From Candidatus Kapaibacterium sp. (GTDB lineage Bacteria > Bacteroidota > Ignavibacteria > Kapaibacteriales > WFXC01): a DNA stretch of 64,000 nucleotides. The stretch spans positions 38,031-102,030 of the forward strand of contig JALWJX010000082.1 of assembly GCA_026996895.1 (NCBI GenBank), in the 5' to 3' direction. A program made the translations under genes and the position numbers. The first letter of the stretch is position 1. Every line of letters starts with the position of its first letter. Below are positions 37,401 through 45,789 of this stretch, piece by piece. Under the pieces are notes generated by a model. That model did no database searches. It saw only the letters and a program-made list of their open reading frames with translations, and had not been told where the DNA came from.

Positions 37401-39587
37401 ACGCTCACTGGCAGTGAGTTCCTCGGATCAGTCAATGCCCAGCCGGTAGTGATCCGGACGAACAACACTGAGGCGATGCGGATCGATGCCAATCAACGGG
37501 TGGGGATTGGAACGAACGCACCGAGCCACACCCTGCACGTTGCTGCGCCCAGCAATCCGTTGCGTCTGGAAGGGTTGCAGTCATTGAGCAATGCCGGAAC
37601 GATCTTGGCGGTTGATGCTAACGGTGTGGTCTACACCACCAGCGCCAGTTCCTTTACAGCATCGAACGCCTGGTCGCTGACAGGAAACGCCGGGACTGAT
37701 CCGACAACGAATTTCCTGGGAACTACCGACAATCAACCACTGGTGATTCGCACCAACAACCTTGAACGGATGCGGATCTCCACGACCGGCAATGTCGGCA
37801 TTGGCATCAGCACGCCGACCAACACGTTGCACGTCAAAGCAACGAGCAACCCACTGCGGTTGGAAGGCGTGCAAACTACTGCCAGTGCTTCGACCCTGTT
37901 AGCCATCGACGCCAATGGGGTCGTGGTCTCGACCAGTGCCTCGACTTTTGTTGCCAACAACGCTTGGGCACTCAGCGGCAACACGCTCACTGGAAGTGAA
38001 TTTCTCGGATCGGTCAATGCGCAGCCGGTAGTGATCCGAACGAACAACACTGAGGCGATGCGGATCGATGCCAACCAACGGGTGGGGATTGGAACCAATG
38101 CACCGAGCCACACCTTACACGTTGCTGCGCCCAGCAACCCGCTGCGGTTGGAAGGTTTACAACCACTGAGCAACGCCGGAACGATCTTGGCGGTTGATGC
38201 TAACGGTGTGGTCTACACCACCAGCGCCAGTTCCTTTACAGCATCGAACGCCTGGTCGCTGACAGGAAACGCCGGGACTGATCCGACAACGAATTTCCTG
38301 GGAACTACTGACAATCAACCGCTGGTGATTCGGACCAACAATGCGGAACGGATGCGAGTGTTAGCCTCTGGCTACGTTGGTGTTGGGACGACCTCTCCAA
38401 CTGCCCGGTTAATGGCAGTCGAAGATGCACCCGGACAGGCAGTGATGCGAATCCAGAATCTGGATGCCGCTGGTCTTTCCGGTATTGAATTTCTGACCCA
38501 CACCTCTGCTGTAATGGGGTACGTTGGGCTGGAACCTGGCGGCGGTGCTCTGCGCATCTGGAGTCAGTCAAATATGATCCGGTTCTATACCAACGGCGTA
38601 GAACGGGTGCGAATCACGACCACCGGAAACGTTGGAATCGGATCCTTAGATCCGCAATATCGGCTGCACATTGAAGGCGATGGAATGATGTACGCCTCTG
38701 GAGAATTCGGCAAGGGCGCAACGATGCCAGAAGGAGCAAAGACGGCGTTCATCTGGAATCCGCGCAAAGCGGCATTGCGAGCAGGATCGGTGACAGCAGA
38801 TCAGTGGAACGATGCTCAGGTCGGCGCTTACACCGTCGCTTTTGGTAAAAACACGATTGCCAGTGGCGCATTTTCCGTTGCGGTTGGAGAAAACACGGTT
38901 GCTGAAGGAGCGGCTGCGTGGGTCGGCGGTCGGAATTTGCATCTGCTCCCGGATGCAACGGGTACGTTTGCCTGGGGCAATACCGAACACTCCACATCGA
39001 TCGAAACCAGTTATGCGTTCCTGATTGGTCCTGGAGATACGCCCTACCGTGTCGGGATCAACACGGCAACACCGACGTACGCACTGGAGTTGCCCAATGA
39101 CTCGCGAGCGAACGTGGGACAGGCACGAGCAAACGCGTGGCTGACATACGCAGATCCACGGATGTGGAGTGCAACTGAACCCATTGGCGCAACCAGTGAG
39201 CTGTTGTCACAACTCCAACCGCTTCGATACCGCGATGTTGCAGGCAAGAGCGGCTTCAGCTTTGATCCCCAGCAACTGGCAGCGGTTCTCCCGGAAGCGG
39301 TGGGGGTTCCAGCAGACAGCTCGCAGCAGTGGAGTATTAACTATGCAGCGCTCATTCCTGTGCTGGTCGCAATGCTCCAGGAACAGCAGCAGCAAATCCA
39401 GCAATTGCGGCAACAGAATCTGGCATTGCAACAGCAAGTTGCCGAAACACAGCAACTCCGGAAGCGACTGGCAAAAATGGAGCAGCAACTGTCAACGCTG
39501 GAACAGTTACAGCAGCAGGTTCGGTACCTGATCCAGCTCCAGCGTGAAGCACGCCCCGTTCCAACAGCAAGCAACGGCGGAAAATAA
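31416..39587 (+). CDS. Giant secreted repeat protein (about 2,720 aa). It has a signal peptide, about twenty ~95-aa modules, two YadA-head-like Gly-rich 14-mer blocks, a C-terminal tail-fiber intramolecular-chaperone (peptidase S74)-like domain and a Gln-rich coiled coil.
   Basis: It has a signal peptide (MKHRVQLILLIWLIFSPLLWSQ) after an aggaag ribosome-binding site. The module consensus is NAWSLTGNAGTDP..FLGTTDNQPLVIRTNN.ERMRI...VGIGT.TPT.TLHVKATSNPLRLEGLQ....LAVDANGVVYTTSAS. The STIGGGLQNTASGQYSTIGGG repeats resemble the YadA head. The C-terminus (LQPLRYRDVAGKSGFSFDPQQLAAVLPEAVGV....QWSINYAALIPVLVAMLQEQQQQIQQL) resembles the S74 chaperone domain. Confidence 0.8.
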   Translation: MKHRVQLILLIWLIFSPLLWSQGNPSVGIGTFTPDPSAILELRSTSKGFLVPRMTTAQRNAISSPALWLLIFNTDTQQFEYWNGTVWIPLISIQNVSNSAWSLSGNTLTGSEFLGSVNLQPVVFKTNGAERMRISTTGNVGIGIITPTNTLHVKATSNPLRLEGLQSLSNASTILAVDANGVVYTTSASSFTASNAWSLTGNAGTDPNTDFLGTTDNQPLVIRTNNTERMRILASGLVGIGTNTPTNTLHVKATSNPLRLEGVQTTASASTLLAIDANGVVVSTSASTFVANNAWALSGNTLTGSEFLGSVNAQPVVIRTNNTEAMRIDANQRVGIGTNAPSHTLHVAAPSNPLRLEGLQSLSNAGTILAVDANGVVYTTSASAFAAANAWSLTGNAGTDPTTNFLGTTDNQPLVIRVNNLQAVRIEPTNQTINIIVGTSNIVTAGVYGAVISGGGYGNNENKVTDNFSTVSGGVSNQAGNNNADVTDAQYATVGGGYGNTASGLGSTISGGWNNTASAARSTIGGGYNNNAIGWGTTIGGGADNIASSEYSTVSGGKNNNANVAYSTIGGGLQNTASGQYSTIGGGLQNTASGQYSTIGGGLQNTASGQYSTIGGGSANITGGDWSTVSGGWTNIASGGGSVVGGGRGNTAGGAYSTIPGGLNNSALGDYTYAGGRAMYLSTSANHTFVWGYATATSAITASDAFLIGPYGNNYRVGINVVNPTAALHVTAGTWTYPLRLEGLQPLSNAGTILAVDANGVVYTTSASAFAAANAWTLTGNAGTDPAINFLGTTDNQPLVIRTNNLERMRISTTGNVGIGISTPTNTLHVKATSNPLRLEGVQTTASASTLLAIDANGVVVSTSASTFVANNAWALSGNTLTGSEFLGSVNAQPVVFKTSGIEAMRIDVDQQVGIGTSTPTNTLHVKATIDPLRLEGLQTTSATATVLVSDAAGIVYTTSASALAAANAWSLTGNAGTNPASNFLGTTDNQPLIIKVNNAQALRIEPTVGSPNILGGYGLNSISSGVVGAVISGGGSTGLSNKVTDNYGVIGGGVGNQVGNNSGGAIDAQYATVGGGYGNTASSTSSTVGGGELNIASGLRSTVGGGYSNTASGDRGTVGGGYGNTASGPGSTVAGGENNTASGGVSAVGGGDNNIASGDVSTVGGGYSNIASGAGSTVGGGTNNTASGNTSTVSGGAFNTAAGDVSWAGGAYMYLSPTADHTFVWGYATATSAITASDAFLIGPYGNNYRVGINVVNPTAALHVTAGTWTYPLRLEGLQPLSNAGTILAVDANGVVYTTSASAFAAANAWALTGNAGTDPAINFLGTTDNQPLVIRINNLERMRISTIGNVGIGISTPTNTLHVKATSDPLRLEGVQSSANATTLLAIDASGVVVSTSASTFVANNAWALSGNTLTGSEFLGSVNAQPVVIRTNNTEAMRIDANQRVGIGTNAPSHTLHVAAPSNPLRLEGLQPLSNAGTILAIDANGVVYTTSATSFTAANAWSLTGNAGTDPNTDFLGTTDNQPLVIRTNNTERMRILASGLVGIGTSTPSHTLHVKATSDPLRLEGVQSSANATTLLAIDVNGVVVSTSASTFVANNAWALSGNTLTGSEFLGSVNAQPVVIRTNNTEAMRIDASQRVGIGTNAPSHTLHVAAPSNPLRLEGLQSLSNAGTILAVDANGVVYTTSATSFTAANAWALSGNTLTGSEFLGSLNAQPVVFKTNGVERMRITAAGDIGIGTTTPGAKVDIRANSASDLLVRIWNAGGNAKFRIVGQGGSAQPRFQYTVNAEWLSEIAGNTSTGLEFRVRAPSDPNDEATLATRTRMVVGRTGNVGIGTLSPTNRLHVVAPSNPLRLEGLQSLSNAGTILAVDANGVVYTTSATSFTAANAWALSGNAGTDPNTDFLGTTDNQPLVIRTNNTERMRILASGLVGIGTNTPTNTLHVKATSNPLRLEGVQTTASASTLLAIDVNGVVVSTSASTFVANNAWALSGNTLTGSEFLGSVNAQPVVIRTNNTEAMRIDANQRVGIGTNAPSHTLHVAAPSNPLRLEGLQSLSNAGTILAVDANGVVYTTSASSFTASNAWSLTGNAGTDPTTNFLGTTDNQPLVIRTNNLERMRISTTGNVGIGISTPTNTLHVKATSNPLRLEGVQTTASASTLLAIDANGVVVSTSASTFVANNAWALSGNTLTGSEFLGSVNAQPVVIRTNNTEAMRIDANQRVGIGTNAPSHTLHVAAPSNPLRLEGLQPLSNAGTILAVDANGVVYTTSASSFTASNAWSLTGNAGTDPTTNFLGTTDNQPLVIRTNNAERMRVLASGYVGVGTTSPTARLMAVEDAPGQAVMRIQNLDAAGLSGIEFLTHTSAVMGYVGLEPGGGALRIWSQSNMIRFYTNGVERVRITTTGNVGIGSLDPQYRLHIEGDGMMYASGEFGKGATMPEGAKTAFIWNPRKAALRAGSVTADQWNDAQVGAYTVAFGKNTIASGAFSVAVGENTVAEGAAAWVGGRNLHLLPDATGTFAWGNTEHSTSIETSYAFLIGPGDTPYRVGINTATPTYALELPNDSRANVGQARANAWLTYADPRMWSATEPIGATSELLSQLQPLRYRDVAGKSGFSFDPQQLAAVLPEAVGVPADSSQQWSINYAALIPVLVAMLQEQQQQIQQLRQQNLALQQQVAETQQLRKRLAKMEQQLSTLEQLQQQVRYLIQLQREARPVPTASNGGK
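31700..38350 (+). repeat. Intragenic tandem and interspersed DNA repeats (285-bp modules, many more than 90% identical over more than 300 bp) inside the giant gene.
   Basis: Near-identical stretches occur at about 32170-32480, 37260-37570 and 37850-38150, and at about 31830-32000, 33820-33990 and 37780-37950. The same spurious antisense ORFs (MHAFQPQWVARCFDVQRV...) appear three times. Confidence 0.8.
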
Positions 39588-40012
39588 ATAAAAGGAAATA
39601 GACATTACCAGCGCTGCGCCTCCCTGGTTCAAAAGCTCTACTCTGCGCAGCAGTGCGTATGCCAGTAAATATTCGTCTGGCGGTTCCAGCAGGGATGCTC
39701 TGAGCTAACATTACCGATACAAACTAAGCAAAGAAGCCGCTTTTATACATCTGCTATTCGCACCGAACGCTCATTACACTCGACAAGAACAAAAGCGGCT
39801 TCTCTACGCACCGCATTAACACAGCGAATTAAATTAGACATAGAGAGGCACAACCCATAGGTTATCCCCGTGCATTCCGCTGCCAGCAGCGACACAGCAT
39901 ATTGCCATTGCGTACTTCATTCTCACAAACAGCGTGTCTTGTAGAAATAGGTCTTTACCCGGGCAAAAATACAGGGGGTCAGGGATTGTCATCCTCCTTT
40001 GGGCAGAGGAAA

Positions 40013-40043
40013 GCAGGATGCTCTGCTGAGCAAAGCATCCTGC
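40013..40043. terminator. Perfect 10-bp stem-loop (gcaggatgct-N11-agcatcctgc) just downstream of the minus-strand outer-membrane-protein gene.
   Basis: The stem is a perfect inverted repeat. A weak T-tract (TTTCC) follows on the minus strand. Confidence 0.3.
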
Positions 40044-40056
40044 AAAGTGGCTATTC

Positions 40057-41196
40057 TCAGTTCAGATTGTATAGCAGGTTGATGTTAAAAGTGTATCGGT
40101 TTGGCTGATCTGTTGTGAGCTTCGTTGACGCACCGATACCGATACTAACGTTACTCTCAACATAATACAGGAAGGAAGCATCGATAAAGTGCGTTACAAC
40201 GGAGGTAGCGGCTGCATCAGCATTAAGGGTATACCCCAGAATGAAATTAATTCGGTTGCTCAGCTCATAAATGTAATCCAGGGTCAGCCGCGCAGCAAAA
40301 TGTTTGAAGAAGGTGGAATCCATCGGAGTATACAACTCGCCCAGCGTATTGACCTGCATCCGCCAGCCAATTGGATAAGAAAACCGTCCTGACAGAGCAA
40401 ATCGGGGTGCTCCGGCAGCTGTGGTATCCGGCGTGGTTATGACCATATTTACACCCAAGGATAAGTCCCAACCGAAATATCGGGGATTAACAATTTGATT
40501 TAATCCGAACAATACCTGCCGGACGCGAAAAACCCCAATAGCACTGAGCTTCTGTCCTTTAAGCTTACCAGACTTTTCCAGTTCCTGCTCAATGTCTTTC
40601 AACCAGTATACTTCATAGACTTCTTTATACTTATCCCGGTACTCTGCCTCCCGCTCGATGATATTTGCAATGCGAATCATCGTTTCCTTAGGTAAAGGAT
40701 CGGTCAGCAACTCTTCTTTCAGCAACTGCTCTTCGATCCGTACTGCCTTCGCAAGAGCGGTGGCATCAATGAAGCGTCCATATCCCGTACCTGCTGTTAC
40801 ATCCGATGCAATTCTTTCATAGCCTTTTTGATGATGGAGATTTAACTGTCCATATCCAAACCAGTCGTAGTCAGCCAAAATATACTTTCGAATACTGGCT
40901 CGCAGAAAAGCGCCGTGTGTCCACTCGCCAAATTCCTTCCCTCCTGATCCATCAAAATCAATAAACCAGGCGAAAGGCAGAGAAGAATAAAACCACCGGA
41001 GTTTCGCAGCGACCGCAGCACGATTGCTCGTGACCGAATCTCCCGTCTGTGCCCAGTTCCAAAAACCGGTTACCCACAGCGCCCGGGCAGAACTAATGGG
41101 AACCTGATAATCTGTCACTGAAACATTCTGTGCTCTACCTGTCAAGGACAGGCTGATAAAGCAGACTAAAGCAAGCAACACCCCAGAGCGTTTCAT
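40057..41196 (-). CDS. Hypothetical outer-membrane protein (signal peptide, beta-rich).
   Basis: It has a signal peptide (MKRSGVLLALVCFISLSLTGRAQ) and alternating aromatic and hydrophobic beta-strand patterns. The family is unknown. Confidence 0.5.
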   Translation of the reverse strand: MKRSGVLLALVCFISLSLTGRAQNVSVTDYQVPISSARALWVTGFWNWAQTGDSVTSNRAAVAAKLRWFYSSLPFAWFIDFDGSGGKEFGEWTHGAFLRASIRKYILADYDWFGYGQLNLHHQKGYERIASDVTAGTGYGRFIDATALAKAVRIEEQLLKEELLTDPLPKETMIRIANIIEREAEYRDKYKEVYEVYWLKDIEQELEKSGKLKGQKLSAIGVFRVRQVLFGLNQIVNPRYFGWDLSLGVNMVITTPDTTAAGAPRFALSGRFSYPIGWRMQVNTLGELYTPMDSTFFKHFAARLTLDYIYELSNRINFILGYTLNADAAATSVVTHFIDASFLYYVESNVSIGIGASTKLTTDQPNRYTFNINLLYNLN

Positions 41197-42017
41197 TGTA
41201 CTGATCCCTTCATTTGTTGAACAAATTGTGCATTAGGCAAAACAATGTTTTTTCCTTCTTCCTCAGATTGTACCATAGAGACTAAGGTGCCAATTGCTAC
41301 CAGTGTCCCGCGGATGTTCCCTACCTGAATAGATGTTCCAGGTTTCAACTGCCTTTGCAAGTAGTAGCCAGCTAACAGGTTCTTCACAATCTCAACGCTG
41401 CCCAATCCCATACTCAAAGCAAAAGCAATACCCAGACTTGCCAGTAATGTAACAACCACAAGAACCAGAATATCAGCGGCAATATTGAGCTGGGAAAGTG
41501 TAATAATGAGAGTCACAAGGATGATCAATCCCCGAACAATCGCACCGACGGCTCTGGAATACTCAGCTCCAATTCGAACGGCTGCTCCTTCAGCCAATCC
41601 ACCTAACACGCGGGCCGCCCAAAAGCCAATCACCAGAATTATCAGGGCAACTAAAAGATTTGGAAGGTAATAAACAATTCGTCCCACTACATCGGCAAAA
41701 AATCCCAAATTCAGAATATCAGAAATCGGTAGCAAAAACAACAGCAGAATAATCCAGAACAAAAGGCGCCCAACATACCAGCTTAAAGCTCGCCGAAACC
41801 CTGCTGTTCGAAGAAAGCTTTCGATCCCCGCTTTCTCCGCTACTCGATCTGCTCCAACTGCCTGAGCAATCCGAGTTGCGATCTTCTGCGCAATTTTAGC
41901 GATAACATAGGCAATCAACAGTAGCAGCAATGCAGCCGCTATCTTCGGAACGTAAATCAGCAACTGTGCCAAAGCAGCCTGTGTTGACCGAACAATCACA
42001 TCAAACCATTTTTCCAT
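41193..42017 (-). CDS. Small-conductance mechanosensitive channel (MscS family).
   Basis: It has N-terminal transmembrane helices and a C-terminal MscS beta domain (VQVGNIRGTLVAIGTLVSMVQSEEEGKNIVLPNAQF). The start is placed at MEKWF; the longest ORF extends to 42077. Confidence 0.65.
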   Translation of the reverse strand: MEKWFDVIVRSTQAALAQLLIYVPKIAAALLLLLIAYVIAKIAQKIATRIAQAVGADRVAEKAGIESFLRTAGFRRALSWYVGRLLFWIILLLFLLPISDILNLGFFADVVGRIVYYLPNLLVALIILVIGFWAARVLGGLAEGAAVRIGAEYSRAVGAIVRGLIILVTLIITLSQLNIAADILVLVVVTLLASLGIAFALSMGLGSVEIVKNLLAGYYLQRQLKPGTSIQVGNIRGTLVAIGTLVSMVQSEEEGKNIVLPNAQFVQQMKGSVQ

Positions 42018-42247
42018 TTTTTCCGATCTCCCATTTATAAAACTGACTCTGCTGCGTAGTCCTGGTAAAAACGGCAAAACAATTGCCGATGAAGATTTTG
42101 CAACTCTGAATAATCCAATCGCTAAAAAGCCGCGCTATTTCCGCGTGTTGAATTTTTTCGAGTAAAATTTCCAGCTCTACAGGCTCGCTGTTCTTTGTTA
42201 CTTCATTATGATGTTGCTGCAATTGCATTTTCTTCGTTAGGTTGTTG

Positions 42248-42835
42248 TTACTCAAACAAACGCTGGAAAATTCTGAGAAACTGAGCCTTTGCACGCGAAA
42301 TTTTCATTTTTGCCCCATTTAAAGTTGTTCGGAGCTTTTGAGCGATATAAGTGAGCGGGCGGTTTTTAAAATATCGCAGAATAAACGCTTTCCGATATTC
42401 CTGTCGCATTCGGCGGAGAATTTCCCCCAGAATTCTCCAGAATTGCTGTTCCTGAAGTGGCGACATCAGAGATTGCTCTATCAACTGAAAATTCGGCTCG
42501 TGCTCGGTGTTGAGTAAAAAACGTGCCCTTCGATTCTGTGCCAAACGGTAAGTAAGACTGAGATTGATCACAATCCGCGTTAGCCAGGTTTTAAAGCTAC
42601 TCTCGCCCCGAAACCCGGATATATGGAAATACACCCGGATGAAGGCTTCCTGCACAATATCCTGAGCATCTTCTCGATTCTTTACGTACCGCAGGGCAAT
42701 CTGATAGGCGTATCGTTGATATCGTTTTACCAGTTCGGTAAAAGCTCTCTGCTGCAGCGGAAGTTCTTCCTGACACCGCTTTACCAATTCTTCATCCGAC
42801 AACTTCTGTATTTCCTCCACCTGCATAGAAACCAT
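42248..42835 (-). CDS. ECF-type RNA polymerase sigma-70 factor.
   Basis: Region 2 (YQIALRYVKNREDAQDIVQEAFIRVY) and region 4 are recognisable, and the protein has ECF length (195 aa). Confidence 0.8.
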   Translation of the reverse strand: MVSMQVEEIQKLSDEELVKRCQEELPLQQRAFTELVKRYQRYAYQIALRYVKNREDAQDIVQEAFIRVYFHISGFRGESSFKTWLTRIVINLSLTYRLAQNRRARFLLNTEHEPNFQLIEQSLMSPLQEQQFWRILGEILRRMRQEYRKAFILRYFKNRPLTYIAQKLRTTLNGAKMKISRAKAQFLRIFQRLFE

Positions 42836-43303
42836 TACATTGTCTCAACCTTTCTGCTTTCAAAGCCAGCGCATTTGCTGCACTGTTCTTTCTTAGACTG
42901 CTGGCGAGGAAGGAAAGTAACAGTTAATCTGCAGAGAGAGCCAGATTCTTTCTTCACGCCGCCATACCCGAACCTCTTCTGAGTAACAGAAGGGAAGGTA
43001 TTACCACGTTTAAGCCAAAAACGAGGGGATAGAGAAGATACGCCTTTTCTCCCTCGAGCCCGAACCACATTAAAACAGAGGAATCAATGGAACAATGGGA
43101 TATCTCAGAAACAGATGGTACATCATTGCACTTCTGAGCACACCGAAAACGCTATCCCGATCCAACCGAACTTTGCTGTTCCTTCGCACGAGGCGAACTC
43201 CGAATAGCAAAGCAATACTACAACACGTTTGTAATCACCATTTCCTCCTTTGCACCCTTGTTAAAACTTCACCTCCCTCAGCCACCTTTCTGGGCTTTCT
43301 ATA

Positions 43304-45577
43304 TTAAGTTTCTGCATTAAACTGTTTCGGATGCGCTGAGTCCGGAAGAGCAGCCAGCACCGGGGAACGATGTTCCAGTTGAAATCGATGCAATAGTTGC
43401 TGCAAATCAGCCGCAAGTTGCGACAGATGTTTTGCTGTTTTTGCCAGCTCGGTGATGCCGTCAGCGCTCTGAGAAACAGCGTCAACCATCGCCGAAACAT
43501 TCTCTGCCATCCGCTGACTGGTCACGGCTTCCTGCTCCATAGCGGCAACAATTTGCAATAGCATCTGCTCAACGGTTTCCGAAGATTGGACAATTTCCTC
43601 CAGCGCCTGCTGTGCCCGACTGGTGTGGCTCATTCCTTCATCAACCGTTTTGCTCACCTCCTGCATAGCGTCAACGGTATCCATTGTTGATTGGTGCAAT
43701 CGCTGAATAATCTCTGCGATCTCTTGTGCCGACGTACCGGTACGCTCTGCCAATTTACGTACTTCATCAGCAACAACGGCAAAGCCACGACCGGCATCGC
43801 CAGCACGCGCTGCTTCGATGGCTGCATTGAGTGCCAGCAGATTCGTCTGGTCTGCAATTTCCGTAATAACGGCCGTAATAACCTGGATTTGCTCTGCTGC
43901 CTGCTGCAATGCGCTTAGCTGATCGGTTGCAGTCTCAACCCGCTGGGCAATTTGTTGCATTTGCTGCAGCACCTGTTGAAGTACTGTTCTGCCGTTCTCT
44001 GCAACATTGGCTGCCTGGCGAGAAGCATCTCCAACATGGTGGACATTACGCGAAGTCTCTGCAATCGACCGACTCATTTGCTCCACTGCCGCGGCAATCT
44101 CCGTACTCTGAGATGACTGCTCCTGTGCCGTTGCTGCCAGTTGTTTCGTAGTCGAGTCCATTTGCTTTGCCGCCGATGCTACATTTTCCGCCGTTGCCCG
44201 CAGCTTCCCTATAAGCTCATTCCACGCCCCTAACAATTTTTGAACCTCTTCCTGTATTTGCTGAATGACCGGTGGCGCATCCGTCGCCGTACGTAAATGA
44301 ACGCTCAGATTGCCCTGTGCCATTTGCCGCAACACTTCGCCAACCACCTGGGCATACTCCAGCAACTTCTGGTTCACCTGGCGCAACTCCTGTTGCATAC
44401 CGATCAATCGTTCTCCTACTTCCAGCAATACGTGCGCTAACTCTCCAATCTCGTTCTTCATTGTGGCAATGGCCTGAAGCTTCCGTCGCTGAAGTTCCCC
44501 CTGTTGCAGCGATCGCACTGACTGGACAATTCCCGTCACACCTTCCACAACAACAGAGCTTCCAGCCAGACTGATGATAATGAGTGCGATAACCAATAAT
44601 CCAGCCAGTCCAACAGTTGCATAAACAAACTGCTGTTCAGAATGATACTGTTGCTCTATCTTCTCGACAGCAAACTGCGTAACCTGCGCATTCCACTGAT
44701 AGAACTGATCAATTACCTTCGTAGCTCGCTGGAAAAATTGCTGAGGATCCCCCTGTAGCAAAGCGCTCTCAAGGAAGATATTTTCTACCTCTGACAAAAA
44801 CTCCATAGCCTGTGGCAACAACATCCGGAGTTGTGCAGTAAAGCGCTGTATGGACCCCTCCGAGGGTTTATACCGTTGCAGCAGTTGATCAATATGGTCT
44901 CTGTACTGGAGCGCCTGATGAAGTAATTGGCGCATCTGAACCCGTTCTATCTCAGCTAACTGCTTTTGAGCCCGTGCAAGAAGCCCGCTGCCCAATCCAC
45001 GTAATTGTCCCAATGCCTCTGTTAAGACTGGCACATGCTGGTACTGCAACACCATCAACGTCATCCATTCATCGGAAAATTTACTTTTCCGCAGCAAACT
45101 GTTTTCCAGCTCCAGTGTCGTTGCAACCAACCTCGAATGATACTGAAAATCCTCTGCCGCTGTATGCTGTCGCCATTCCCCCTTCAACTGCTGCCACCGC
45201 TGCTCGATGGATCGTAGCAGACTCTGCGCCTCTACTGCTTGCTGAAACATCGCATCTACCATAATCACCCGGTGCACTGACTGGATTAACGAATCTGTTT
45301 GCTGCTCGACAGAACGGAGCTGAGCAATCACCGTTTGATTGCCGTTCAAATACTGGCTTGCTAATCCCCGATGGAGCTGGAAGGAACGCTGAAGCTCTGC
45401 CAGTGGCACTAAAGCTCGAATAACCGCCAGATTTTCTCGTGGCACCTGTAATGCTTTTGAATTACTTCTCACGGCGACTATGAGGAGCAGGGCAGCAACG
45501 GTCAGAACACCAGGAATAAAGATCCAACGAAAAATCTTCCGGATGCTCAGCCAGGCAATGATACGCGACCATCCCAT
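43304..45577 (-). CDS. Methyl-accepting chemotaxis protein.
   Basis: It has an N-terminal transmembrane helix, a periplasmic sensor region, a second transmembrane helix, HAMP, and the conserved MCP signalling hairpin [33 protein letters not shown]. Confidence 0.85.
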   Translation of the reverse strand: MGWSRIIAWLSIRKIFRWIFIPGVLTVAALLLIVAVRSNSKALQVPRENLAVIRALVPLAELQRSFQLHRGLASQYLNGNQTVIAQLRSVEQQTDSLIQSVHRVIMVDAMFQQAVEAQSLLRSIEQRWQQLKGEWRQHTAAEDFQYHSRLVATTLELENSLLRKSKFSDEWMTLMVLQYQHVPVLTEALGQLRGLGSGLLARAQKQLAEIERVQMRQLLHQALQYRDHIDQLLQRYKPSEGSIQRFTAQLRMLLPQAMEFLSEVENIFLESALLQGDPQQFFQRATKVIDQFYQWNAQVTQFAVEKIEQQYHSEQQFVYATVGLAGLLVIALIIISLAGSSVVVEGVTGIVQSVRSLQQGELQRRKLQAIATMKNEIGELAHVLLEVGERLIGMQQELRQVNQKLLEYAQVVGEVLRQMAQGNLSVHLRTATDAPPVIQQIQEEVQKLLGAWNELIGKLRATAENVASAAKQMDSTTKQLAATAQEQSSQSTEIAAAVEQMSRSIAETSRNVHHVGDASRQAANVAENGRTVLQQVLQQMQQIAQRVETATDQLSALQQAAEQIQVITAVITEIADQTNLLALNAAIEAARAGDAGRGFAVVADEVRKLAERTGTSAQEIAEIIQRLHQSTMDTVDAMQEVSKTVDEGMSHTSRAQQALEEIVQSSETVEQMLLQIVAAMEQEAVTSQRMAENVSAMVDAVSQSADGITELAKTAKHLSQLAADLQQLLHRFQLEHRSPVLAALPDSAHPKQFNAET

Positions 45578-45789
45578 TGAACTCTCCTCATCAGTTGCTC
45601 AACATTGACCATTGAATTGCTCTCTCGCTCCACCAGGAGCAATTTCCCAGGACCACAGGAGACGCGACACCATTTACTTTCCTCCCACCTCAACGTTGCA
45701 TCCTTTCTTAACCTTGCGCCTACCATTTAAAAAAGAAAACATACGTCCATCTTCAGGGATTATTGCAAATAAGACAATAATATCTGTTT

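Noticed and set aside
31416-39587. The possibility that the tandem near-identical repeats represent a CRISPR array or a satellite.
   Set aside because: The repeats are about 285 bp long, contiguous and in frame, and they encode a conserved protein module with third-position variation. There are no short direct repeats with unique spacers anywhere in the window.
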